Below, piece after piece: positions 44,068-53,385 of a stretch of DNA of 64,000 nucleotides. The translations under genes were made by a program, and so were the position numbers. Each line of letters starts with the position of its first letter. Positions within the stretch are counted from its first letter, which is position 1. The notes beneath the pieces are model-generated. The model was given only the letters and a program-made list of their open reading frames with translations. It searched no databases and had not been told where the DNA came from. Origin of the DNA: Kofleriaceae bacterium (GTDB lineage: Bacteria; Myxococcota_A; Polyangia; Haliangiales; Haliangiaceae); assembly GCA_965215005.1 (NCBI GenBank), contig CBDCCZ010000012.1, positions 32,001 through 96,000 on the forward strand. The letters run 5' to 3'.

Positions 44068-44919
44068 CTAGAAGTAGATCATCGCCGAGAGGCGACTGCG
44101 CGCATACTCTTCTTCTTCGGGGATGAGCAGCGTCTCACTCGCCTTGTAGGCTTCGTCCTCATCACCGCGGGCCCGCGTGCCGGCGCGAAAATCCGCAGCG
44201 AGATGGAAATGGTCGGTGAGTCGCAACGCGAGCCCGACCCCGAGCTCGCCATAGCCCTGCTCGAGCTCGCGCGAGCCCAAGTCTGCGACCGAAACTCCCG
44301 TGCCTGCGAGTAGATAAGGCGCCAAGCGGCTTCGCGGGGCCAGGTCCCAAATCAAGGCGACGCCGAGGCGACGGTCGACGCGCGCGCTGTCTTGGTGCTC
44401 AGTGCCGGACAGCTCGCCTTCGAGTCCCAAGGCTCCACCGCGGGTGAGGCGGAGGCGCGCGAGGAGGCCGACGTCGCCGCCGCCACCGACCCCTTCGACA
44501 TCCGTTCCTCCAAGAAATGCGCCGATTCCGAAGCGCGGCAACGGCGGCCGAGCAGGGTAATAGACCACGGCCATCGGCGGCGGATAGCCACAATAGCCAG
44601 GTGCGCACGCGAGAGGCGGTGGCGGTGGCGGTGGCGGTGGCGCGTACGTGGAAACATAGACGCCGCCTCCCACCGACACGTGGCCGCCGACGGCAATCCC
44701 TACGCTTCGGCGAGTGCGGCGCCGGTCGGTGACGCGAACGCGCGAGTCGCGGTCTCGCGGCGCCGGCCGCCGATCGCGGACGGTGACGGACGCGCCGACG
44801 TGGGCGGAGCCCCTAACTTCGGCAGAGACGCGGGTATCGGCAGCGGCTGGAGCCGCGAGGAGCAGCGCGGGCGCGACCGCGGCGGCAACGAGCGAGAGGC
44901 GAAGACGGATGTAACTCAA
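44068..44919 (-). CDS. outer-membrane beta-barrel protein with Pro-rich linker
   Basis: Signal ...PAAA, poly-Pro, LAPYLLAGTG, GELGVGLALRL, C-terminal IYF. Confidence 0.75.
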   Translation of the reverse strand: MSYIRLRLSLVAAAVAPALLLAAPAAADTRVSAEVRGSAHVGASVTVRDRRPAPRDRDSRVRVTDRRRTRRSVGIAVGGHVSVGGGVYVSTYAPPPPPPPPPLACAPGYCGYPPPMAVVYYPARPPLPRFGIGAFLGGTDVEGVGGGGDVGLLARLRLTRGGALGLEGELSGTEHQDSARVDRRLGVALIWDLAPRSRLAPYLLAGTGVSVADLGSRELEQGYGELGVGLALRLTDHFHLAADFRAGTRARGDEDEAYKASETLLIPEEEEYARSRLSAMIYF

Positions 44920-44977
44920 GATAGTTCCCCCTGCGGTAGCTCAACGAGGCGACGAGGCAATAACGGAATGCCACGAC

Positions 44978-44993
44978 TGCACGCACCACGCCA
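44978..44993 (-). promoter_or_regulatory. putative sigma54 promoter
   Basis: Minus strand TGGCGTGGTGCGTGCA, GG-N10-GC. Confidence 0.35.
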
Positions 44994-45185
44994 GTGGCTT
45001 GTTTGGCTCCAGGCGAGGATGACACTCAATGCGGGCGCATTCTTAGCGACTGCCTGTCGCGAGTGCGTCAACATCGGTTCACAGCGAGCGCGAGCTTCTG
45101 CCACAGGGTTTCCAGTGGGTGTGGGTTCTGGCCCCGCGATGCCGGTCACCAAATCGTCCAGACACTTGGAATGCTTGTGGTATCC

Positions 45186-45215
45186 TTGACAGCTTCGAGA
45201 CCCAGCACATAGAGT
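45186..45215 (+). promoter_or_regulatory. sigma70-type promoter
   Basis: TTGACA-N18-TAGAGT. Confidence 0.55.
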
Positions 45216-45240
45216 TCTGGGTACTGGAGTGGAGGTACCC

Positions 45241-46515
45241 GTGAGCGCAACGCACAAGCGACCGGGCACGCGCGATATCAGCGATCTGAAAGCGCGGCTG
45301 GGTCTGAAGAAGAGCGGTCCGGCCGCTCCCAACGTCGGAGGCGACGCGGCGCCATCAAGCGGTGCGGTACCCCCGCCCGGTGGTGTGGTGCCACCGCCCG
45401 GCGTCAAGCAAGCGCGCACGACGGTACCAGCACCGCCTGGCGCGCGACCGCCGGAGCCGGCTGCACCATCTGTGCAGGACGATCCGTTTGGCGCGATGAA
45501 CGCGATGGCCGCAGCGCGTGCCGCCCATGCGGCGCCGGAGATCATCGTCGTCAACGATGGTAAGCCGGTGGAGAGCGTCGAGCGCAGCTCCAAGGGCATG
45601 CGCTATCTCAAGATCGCGGCGCTGGTCGCCGTGCCGCTCATCGTTGGCGTGGTCATCGGGCAAATCAGCCAGAGTGCGAAGATCTACAACCGCACGATCA
45701 GTGACGCGGCGCGGCTCGCCAATGATATGAAACGAGTGCGGACGTCGATTCAAAACGTCAACGACGCGCTGCTGATCGCCAAGGAGAAAGGTCTCAAGGC
45801 CGGCGATCCTGAGCTGACCAAGATGCTCGCCGACATCGAGCTCGAGCCTGTCGAGCCCGCCGTGGCATACCACTCTTATCTGTACGAGATGAAGCCGGAC
45901 ATCGTGCAAGCGGCGATGGATTTCTACGCGCAGGCGAGCCTTCTCAAGGGGCTGCTGGAAGACCACGTGAAGAAATCACAGGCTGACGCCAAGGGAATGG
46001 CCCTGGCGCAGCAGAAGTTCGACGAAGCCAAGCCCAATCAAGAGGTCAATCCGTATCTCGCCAGCGCAAGCAACTACCGCTACGGCGTCATCTACGACAT
46101 CCCATCGGAGGAAGAGGCCCAGAGCGGCGCGATCCCGGGTGCGAAGCTCGTCGAAATCGGGCCGCCGGTGTGCGGCAACAATCGCGCGAGCGATACCGGC
46201 AACTGCGCCGACGAGGTCAAGGGATTTGGCTATCGCGAGTCGGCGCCCAGCGATGGCTGGGGCCTGATGAAAGTCTTTCAACCACAGTCTGCTGAGGAAG
46301 GCGTGCCGGCCAAGAGCCTGGTGCTGCTGCGGCCGACAGGCACCATGGATGCGCTCCTCAAAGGGAGCCAAGGCACGATCGCCGAGATGGGCTATCAGAC
46401 CCGTCTCAAGCGTATCGATGAGATCGTCGAGCCACTCATTCAGTTTGGCGCCGATGTCGAGAAGAAGCTGCGGGCCAAGGCCAGCGAAGGCGAGAAGTTC
46501 ACGTTCTTCCTCTAG
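45241..46515 (+). CDS. hypothetical single-pass membrane protein with Pro-rich N-terminus
   Basis: RBS GGAGG before GTG 45241; ISDLKARLGLKK, one TM, helical extracytoplasmic domain; strong GC3 bias. Confidence 0.8.
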   Translation: MSATHKRPGTRDISDLKARLGLKKSGPAAPNVGGDAAPSSGAVPPPGGVVPPPGVKQARTTVPAPPGARPPEPAAPSVQDDPFGAMNAMAAARAAHAAPEIIVVNDGKPVESVERSSKGMRYLKIAALVAVPLIVGVVIGQISQSAKIYNRTISDAARLANDMKRVRTSIQNVNDALLIAKEKGLKAGDPELTKMLADIELEPVEPAVAYHSYLYEMKPDIVQAAMDFYAQASLLKGLLEDHVKKSQADAKGMALAQQKFDEAKPNQEVNPYLASASNYRYGVIYDIPSEEEAQSGAIPGAKLVEIGPPVCGNNRASDTGNCADEVKGFGYRESAPSDGWGLMKVFQPQSAEEGVPAKSLVLLRPTGTMDALLKGSQGTIAEMGYQTRLKRIDEIVEPLIQFGADVEKKLRAKASEGEKFTFFL

Positions 46516-46726
46516 CGAGGTGTCATTGACTGGCGGCCGCACGAGTGGCCGCCGCGTCGCTTGCACACGTCGTCGAAGCGGGCGCTCACGCCACGCTCAG
46601 CCGATCGTCGTCATCTACGAAGCGCTCTACGCCGTGGAGCAAGGCGCGGCTCCCATGGAGCGCGAGGCCAGGGTGCACGAGCTAACGTTAAACGATCGAG
46701 CACCGGGCCCTCTCGTCGCGGAGCGC

Positions 46727-48416
46727 CTACGCCTCGGTGACGACCTTGTAGAGGAACTGCGCGGCGATGGCGCCCTCGCCCACGGCGGAGGCCACACGCT
46801 TCACGCTGCCTGAGCGCACGTCCCCCACGGCGAAAATGCCAGGACGCGATGCTTCGCCGATGTGCGGCATGCGGCGCGCCAACCACTGCGGCGACACCAG
46901 ATGCTCCGTGGAGAGGTCGGCGCCGGTCTTAACGACCGCGATCGTCCAGGAGCAGACAGCCGTTCAGCCAGGCAGTGTTCGGCCGGGCGCCGATCATGAC
47001 GAAGAGATGCCGGATCGAGGCGGAACGTTCGTCGCCGGTTTCTCGGTTGCGGAGACGAAGCGACTTCACGTGCTCTTCCCCCTCGATAGCCGAGACCTCC
47101 GTGCAGTAGTGCAGAGTGATGTTTGGCGTGGCCTCAATGCGCTGGATGAGATATGCACTCATGCCTTCAGCCAGCTGTTTGCCGCGGATCAGCATCTGCA
47201 CCGAGCGAGCCTGCCGCGCCAAGTAGATCGCCGCCTGCCCCGCAGAGTTGCCGCCGCCAACCACGACGACGTCCGCGCCGCGACAGAGCATCGCCTCCAC
47301 GGCGGTAGCGCCGTAGTAGACCCCGGTATTTTCCAGGCGCTCCTCGTTGGGCAGGTTCAATCGCCTCCACGTCGCGCCGGTGGCGACCACGATAGCGCGA
47401 GCGTGAATGTCCTCCTCGTCGTCTAGCCGCAGGCAAAACGGCGAATCCTCGCACTGGATGCTGGTCACCCGGCGCGGGGTGATGATCTCGGTACCGAACT
47501 TCTGCGCCTGCAGCATCATCCGCGCGCCCAGCGCCTGACCGCTGATGCCGGTGGGAAAGGCCGGATAGTTCTCGATTTTCGAGCTGGTACCGGCCTGGCC
47601 GCCAGGCGCGCGGGATTCGATGGCGATCACCGACAACCCCTCGGCGGCAGCGTTGACCGCGGCGGCGAGCCCGGCGGGGCCCGCTCCAACGACCGCCACG
47701 TCGTAAATCTCTGTCTCGCCCGACGGCGAGGAGAGCCCGATGAAGTCCGCCACCTTGCGGGGAGTCGGTCGGCGCAGCACCTCCTTGTTGCGGTAGATGG
47801 CAGCCGGCAGGTCGGCGGCGGCGAGGTCGAACTGTGACATGACGGCTTGGGCCTCGTCGGGGTTCTCCCGCGGGTCGATGGCGCGGTGGGGATGGCCGTT
47901 GCGGGTCAGGAAGGTGCGGAGACCCACGAGCTCACCATGTTCCGGGTCGCCCAGGAGAGTCAGGTCGCCATGTTGCTGGTAGATCAAGCCCATTCGCCTG
48001 AGGATGAAGGCCCGCACGATGGTCTCGGAGAGCTCGGCGTTGGTGGCCAGCATGCGGCGGAACGCTGCGCGATCCAGAAAGGCCATCTCCCCGGCCTGAG
48101 TGCAGCGGCCACGCACGATGGCGCGGCGATTGGAGAACATGTCGATCTCGCCGGAGAAAGCGCCGGGCCCGTGCTCGACGATGGTGGTCGTCTCCCGGCA
48201 CCCATCCAGCTCGATGGCGAGCTTGCCACTGCGCACCAGGATGAAGTCGGTGTGATGGTCACCGACGTCGAAGAGCACCTCTCCCTGCGGTACGTGACGG
48301 ACGCAGCCATAACTCGCCACTCGCTCGGCCGAGGCCTCGTCGAGCACCGGCTGCATTTCCTCCATACGCTCGTACGGATTCTTCGGGATGTTGGGATCGG
48401 TGTCGGTGGACGCCAT
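46727..48416 (-). pseudogene. cNMP-binding domain/thioredoxin reductase-like FAD oxidoreductase, frameshifted near 46933
   Basis: GAGPAG, GGQAGTSSKIENY, GGGNSAGQAA; ORF stops at 46929 but VKTGADL...GIFAVGDVRSGSVKRVASAVGEG continues in another frame to TAG 46727. Confidence 0.8.
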
Positions 48417-48529
48417 GGAGGGGACGGTAGCACCGGGTGGCCCGGGCGCATGCGACGGGACGATGGCCAAGCCCAGCGCCGGCGGCTGCCGGGCCGCAGC
48501 AACACCGCCGACGGCCGCGTCACCACGCA

Positions 48530-48595
48530 GGCGCGGTCGGGCTAGCCGTCGATGGCGCGGTCGGGCTAGCCGTCGATGGCGCGGTCGATGGCGCG
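48530..48595. repeat. 24-bp tandem duplication
   Basis: GGCGCGGTCGGGCTAGCCGTCGAT x2 then GGCGCGGTCGAT GGCGCG. Confidence 0.85.
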
Positions 48596-49396
48596 CTGGT
48601 TGTCGTCTAGGCTCGGGTCATCTTTGTCGCCATCGGCGGTGATCGACTTGATGATGTTGCTCGCCGGACGCTTCGCGGGCGCATTGGCCTCGCGAACGGC
48701 TAGCAGCTCTTTCTGCGTGGAGGCATCGGTCACGACTAAGCAGAAGGCGCCATGAAATGCGAGCTTGTCGAGCGCCTGAAGACTGTAGCCCTTGCTCGAC
48801 CACATCAGCCCGCGGTCGATCTCGGTGCCGGCGCCAAATCGAGCTTCCATCAGCTCTTTGAAGCGATCGAAGGTCGGGTCACCCGCGAGCATCTCGGTGC
48901 TCAGCTGAATGAACATCTTGTAGAGCTTGCCGCGGAAGAAGAAGAAGAACCGCCGCTGATCCTTGCCCTCCTGGTTCTCCCACAACACCATCATCGATTC
49001 GTCGGTGCGATGGGCAAACTGGTCGTCGATGATCGAGACGTCCCAGCCCTGCTTTTGCCCTTTGAACTCGACGAAGGATTTCTTGAAACGCTCCAGCTCC
49101 TTCTTGCGATCGCGGCGCAGCCTATCCTGCTGATAGACATCGCTGGTGCTCGCCAGCTCCTCCGCGTAACGCTCGCCGAGTTGCTTGGACACCACTTGAC
49201 GCACTTGCTCCGGCGTCATGCCGAACTCGAACGGCCCCATCACTTGAGCCAGCGCCTCTTGATCGGCCGTCTTGACCTTGGCGACGGCCTTCTTTTTGGC
49301 CTTGGCGCGCTTGGCGACGGCCAAGCCGGGGGTGGCGACGACGCCGAGCAGCGCGATGAGACAAAGAGTGATGCAGGTACGGGTGCGACGAAGCAT
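48566..49396 (-). CDS. hypothetical secreted protein
   Basis: Signal peptide ...GLAVA, Lys-rich start, RRFFFFFRGKLYKM; coding-like bias. Confidence 0.8.
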   Translation of the reverse strand: MLRRTRTCITLCLIALLGVVATPGLAVAKRAKAKKKAVAKVKTADQEALAQVMGPFEFGMTPEQVRQVVSKQLGERYAEELASTSDVYQQDRLRRDRKKELERFKKSFVEFKGQKQGWDVSIIDDQFAHRTDESMMVLWENQEGKDQRRFFFFFRGKLYKMFIQLSTEMLAGDPTFDRFKELMEARFGAGTEIDRGLMWSSKGYSLQALDKLAFHGAFCLVVTDASTQKELLAVREANAPAKRPASNIIKSITADGDKDDPSLDDNQRAIDRAIDG

Positions 49397-49534
49397 GAAA
49401 AACCTTCCCTAGGGGCTTCCGCAGTGTAGATCGCGGGTTTGTGCGCCACAAGCGGGGACGGCGGAGCCGCCGCGATATTCACTGCCGTGCAGAAACAGCG
49501 CGTGCCGTGTACGGAAGCGTGCGCGGCGCACCTG

Positions 49535-52492
49535 CTAATCGCTGAGCGACGCCGGCGCCTCGCTCGCAGATAATGACTCGGAGGCGCCCGTCAAGGCATC
49601 GGGCTCGAGGTGGACGTCTAGCTCGCGTCCCGATACCGAGCCGTGGCACCCGCCGCAAACAGCATCGAACAAGTCCTGCCGAATGCCAAGGCTGATGACC
49701 TCGCCAGGACCCATCTGGTGCTCTTCCCGCATGGTCGTGATGACCTGGCCGCGCTCGTCTTGCAGCTCGAACACCAGCGGCGTTCGCGCCGGCACCCGCA
49801 CCTTGATGCTGCCGTCCTCCGCCAGCGGCGCCCGCCCTATCAGCGTGCGCTGCTCAAAGATGTCATCGCGGCTGCCGCTCGCTCCGGCGGGGGCCTCGGC
49901 CTCGCGATACGCCGCGAGCTGGGTGGCATCGCGAAACAAAAATGCAGGCCGACCGCGGCGCAGATTGGCGCCGAGCAACGTGAACACCTGCGGTGCGTCA
50001 GGAAAGTGGACGACCGCTTCATCGCTACCGCCGGTCGTGTCTTGATTCACGGTGCCGCCGAAGACCAGCTGGCGGCGGTTGTAGTAGAGCGCGCGCGGCG
50101 GATGTCGAATCGCGAGCACCGCCTCCACCTGCGCCCCCGGACCACCGATCAACATTTGCCGCGCGCCGGTGCGCGGCTCGATGGCGACCACGTCCCACGC
50201 AAGCGACTGCGCCGTCGCCAGATCGCCGCTGTAGTTGGCCCACGAAGCCATGAGCTGCCCCGAAGGCAATGGGTGCGGCGAGCGATAGACGCCGCTCGTC
50301 GTTGCCCCAACGCGGCCGGTGGCAGCGCGGTCGACGATATACATCGACGGCAGGTATCCAGGATCGGTGCGCCCTTCTTCGTGGGGACCGATGCTGCGGT
50401 TGAAGATCGCCAGGGTTCCCGCGCCACCGCGAGCGCCGGCATCTGAGAGGACGACGAGGAAGTTGCCGTCGAGCCCTTCGCGCAGCTCCGTGGCCTGCTG
50501 ATATCCGATCGACGGCAGCGTTGCCATGGGGTCATCGGTGTTGGCGAGCGGGCTCTCACTGCGCTGCCCGAGCAGCGGGTGATAGTCGGTGAGGTCCCAG
50601 TTGATGCGGCGGCCAGCGAGTTGATAAAAGCCTTCGCTGACCTTTTCGGTGGTCATGATGATGCGCCCTTCGCGCAGCATCTGCGGGCTGATTTCGCTGT
50701 TGGTGAGAAACGTGACCTGCTCCCAGCTGCCGCCACGGATGTCCATCCGCCAGAGATCGGTCTGCGGCAAGAACAACGCGCGCGACACGCTGGGACCACT
50801 GGCGCCGCCTTTGGTGGAGGCGAATACGATGCTTTGGCCATCAGGGGCCCACGCGGGATCGACGTTGTGAATGGCAATGCCGTTTTGAGGCGGCTCTGCG
50901 GCGGTGAGACGTCGGCAGCCGCTGCCATCGACGTCGACCACGTAGATGCCAAACGGATCGCTCGCGGCAGTGCGCATGGCGAATGCGATGGTAGTGCCGT
51001 CAAAGCGAACATCGGGGCCGCGAACATCGACCGTCGCGCGATCGCCGGCGCCGGGGCAGCCATCGAGGAGCGAGCGCGACGGACCGACCTCGACGATGCG
51101 GCTGTCCTCGCCGAGGGTCGCATCGGCGAGCAGCAAGTCAGAACCGGGTTGGTAGATGTCGAGCTCGAGCGGCGTTGCCACGTGCGACTCCTGGCGCTCG
51201 ACGTAGATGAGGGGCAGCGTATCGGCCGGCGCCATCGGGCTCACTTCTCCGCGCGCGGCGAGCTCTTCGCGCTCCAGGCGCACCCACTCTTGCAGCACGC
51301 AAAACGCTGGCCCATCGGGATCGAACGGCACCGGACACGCCGCTGGCGTAGCGCCCCCCGCGCCCGGCGTCTCGAGAATCGCGCCGCCGCGATGCGCGAT
51401 GCCGCCGTGACGCGGCAGCACGTTTTTGGCCACCGCCCTGCCCCGCCGCGCATCCGGCACTTCCAGGGCCATGAAGTCGTTCTTGAAGAGCTCGTAGTTC
51501 TTCTCGAGTGCCACCGGCGAAAAGAATCCTTGGCCGCCGGAGCGGAGCTTGAAGTCGTTGGTTGCACTCGGGGAGTGACAGGCCTCGAACGAGCAGCCGC
51601 GCGCGAGCAGGATCGGTTGCACGTTGTCGGCAAAAAACTGCCGGCCGCGGTCGCCCTGGCCAAAGTCGATCGGACCGACACTCTCGGCCCATCCTCGGAT
51701 GGCCAGATAATTGGCTGCTTCGCGGGACTTGAAGTGATCGCCGCCGGTGTGGAAGAAGCCACCACTGGCCACAGACAGCGGCACCTGCAGGAGCTGGGAG
51801 TTGTCCGGCGTCGCGTCGACGAACGCGCGCGCTTTGTAGAAGTTGAACGCCAGCTGCGCATCATCGCTGCCGCAGGTGATGTAGAAGTCCGATTGCGGCG
51901 CGCCGTGACAGGTCGCCGCACTGCAGCCTTCGAGCACCGGCTGCACCTCGGCCACGAAGCGATCGAAGCCGGCATTGGCAAGCTGCGGCGCGGGATCGAA
52001 GTCGTCGGGAACCATGGTGGAGCAGCCGCCGCTTCCCGAGCGCTGCGGCGCCGGCGGAGGCAAGCCGTTCTCGGTGGCGCCGTTTTCCATCCACGTGAGC
52101 AACGTAAGATAGGCCTGCGAGCCGACCTGCAAGTTGGAACCGCCGGCGTGCTGCACCTCGAGCGGCAAGAAGTCATCGCCGTAGGCAATCGAGAGGTTGC
52201 CAGCGCCGCCCACCGCCTTGATGAGCAGGACTGGAATCGAGTACGGGCCAAACGGCTGCAACAGATCGCGTCGCTTTTGCACGTTCTCGAAGCTGGTAAC
52301 GTCGAAGTTGCCGGCCGCGAAGCCGAATGGGTCGTCTTCGTCGACTTGATGGCAGCCGGCGACGTTGCGCGCGCACGACTGCACGAGGATGGGCTCGATG
52401 TCGCGCTCGTAATAGGTGGTGCCCGGCGTGGGCTCATTACACGCCGCGAGCAACGCGACGCCGCATAGGACAGATCCAAATCGCATCGTCAT
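49535..52492 (-). CDS. multi-heme/PD40-propeller HzsA-like lipoprotein
   Basis: Lipobox LAAC; CARNVAGCH, CSAATCH, CSFEACH each followed by HxGG; DPAWAPDGQSIVFAS; C-terminal CGGCH. Confidence 0.75.
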   Translation of the reverse strand: MTMRFGSVLCGVALLAACNEPTPGTTYYERDIEPILVQSCARNVAGCHQVDEDDPFGFAAGNFDVTSFENVQKRRDLLQPFGPYSIPVLLIKAVGGAGNLSIAYGDDFLPLEVQHAGGSNLQVGSQAYLTLLTWMENGATENGLPPPAPQRSGSGGCSTMVPDDFDPAPQLANAGFDRFVAEVQPVLEGCSAATCHGAPQSDFYITCGSDDAQLAFNFYKARAFVDATPDNSQLLQVPLSVASGGFFHTGGDHFKSREAANYLAIRGWAESVGPIDFGQGDRGRQFFADNVQPILLARGCSFEACHSPSATNDFKLRSGGQGFFSPVALEKNYELFKNDFMALEVPDARRGRAVAKNVLPRHGGIAHRGGAILETPGAGGATPAACPVPFDPDGPAFCVLQEWVRLEREELAARGEVSPMAPADTLPLIYVERQESHVATPLELDIYQPGSDLLLADATLGEDSRIVEVGPSRSLLDGCPGAGDRATVDVRGPDVRFDGTTIAFAMRTAASDPFGIYVVDVDGSGCRRLTAAEPPQNGIAIHNVDPAWAPDGQSIVFASTKGGASGPSVSRALFLPQTDLWRMDIRGGSWEQVTFLTNSEISPQMLREGRIIMTTEKVSEGFYQLAGRRINWDLTDYHPLLGQRSESPLANTDDPMATLPSIGYQQATELREGLDGNFLVVLSDAGARGGAGTLAIFNRSIGPHEEGRTDPGYLPSMYIVDRAATGRVGATTSGVYRSPHPLPSGQLMASWANYSGDLATAQSLAWDVVAIEPRTGARQMLIGGPGAQVEAVLAIRHPPRALYYNRRQLVFGGTVNQDTTGGSDEAVVHFPDAPQVFTLLGANLRRGRPAFLFRDATQLAAYREAEAPAGASGSRDDIFEQRTLIGRAPLAEDGSIKVRVPARTPLVFELQDERGQVITTMREEHQMGPGEVISLGIRQDLFDAVCGGCHGSVSGRELDVHLEPDALTGASESLSASEAPASLSD

Positions 52493-52528
52493 CTGAGGGT
52501 ATGGCTGATGAGGAAGCGGCGATAGCGG

Positions 52529-53371
52529 TTATCGAAGCAGGCCTAGCGCTACCCGCGCCGTACGCGCCACCAGTGGCGAGGTGTCGGCGCTGGCCGCTTC
52601 TAGAGCACGACGTGAGGCTGCATCGCCGATGCGACCGAGCGCCCACGCCGCATTGCGCCGCACCGCCGGGTCCGAATCCGCCGCCAGCTGGGCCTCGAGC
52701 GCGGTGCGCGCCGCGCCTTCGCGTAAATTGCCAAGTACGGCGATGGCTTTGCGGCGCACACGTAAGTCACCATCGGACACCAGCGGCACCAGCGCCGCGG
52801 CCTCCGTTTGCTCGCGCAAAGCCAACCACGCGCCCGCTGCTTCGAGCCGAACGTCGGCAGCGTCGTCGCCGAGCGCCGCCGCAATCGCAGGACGCGCCGC
52901 GGGATGACCGATGGTGCCCAGGGCGCGCACCAGATGCTGCCGCGCCTCGGGCGCAAGACCCTTGCGAGATAGCGCCGCGGCGAGCGGCGCGACGGCTTCG
53001 GGGTGGCGAAACGTGCCGAGAATATCGGCGGCGTTGCGCGCCTTCTGCGCGTCTTGGCCCTGCAGATAGGCCAGCGAGCGCTCGGTGAGCTCGCGCTTCT
53101 GCGCCGGCCGCCGCGCAAACCACCACGCCGCGGCTTCGCGCACCTCGTAGCGCTCGTCATCCAGGAGCGCCATCACCGGCTCGATGCACGCCGCGCACAC
53201 CAGCCGCTCGGCCCGCTCGAGCTCGGCGATGATGGCATCGCTCGAGCCGGTGTGAATGGCGTTGACGATGCGACTGGCGCTGCCGCCGCGGCCGGCAACG
53301 GCCGGCGCGCTCGCGAGCAGCAGCGCGCCGAACGCGGCAAGCGCAATGGAACGATGTGCCATGGTCTTCAT
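52529..53371 (-). CDS. HEAT-repeat protein with signal peptide
   Basis: MKTMAHRSIALAAFGALLLASAPAVA; VREAAAW, VRRKAIAVLG, VRRNAAWALG repeats. Confidence 0.82.
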   Translation of the reverse strand: MKTMAHRSIALAAFGALLLASAPAVAGRGGSASRIVNAIHTGSSDAIIAELERAERLVCAACIEPVMALLDDERYEVREAAAWWFARRPAQKRELTERSLAYLQGQDAQKARNAADILGTFRHPEAVAPLAAALSRKGLAPEARQHLVRALGTIGHPAARPAIAAALGDDAADVRLEAAGAWLALREQTEAAALVPLVSDGDLRVRRKAIAVLGNLREGAARTALEAQLAADSDPAVRRNAAWALGRIGDAASRRALEAASADTSPLVARTARVALGLLR

Positions 53372-53385
53372 AGGAGCCGCCTCGG

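Noticed and set aside
48530..48595. Possible CRISPR array
   Set aside because: Repeats are directly adjacent with no spacers, and no cas genes are in the window
50579..52468. 629-aa plus-strand ORF
   Set aside because: Antisense to the multi-heme lipoprotein gene
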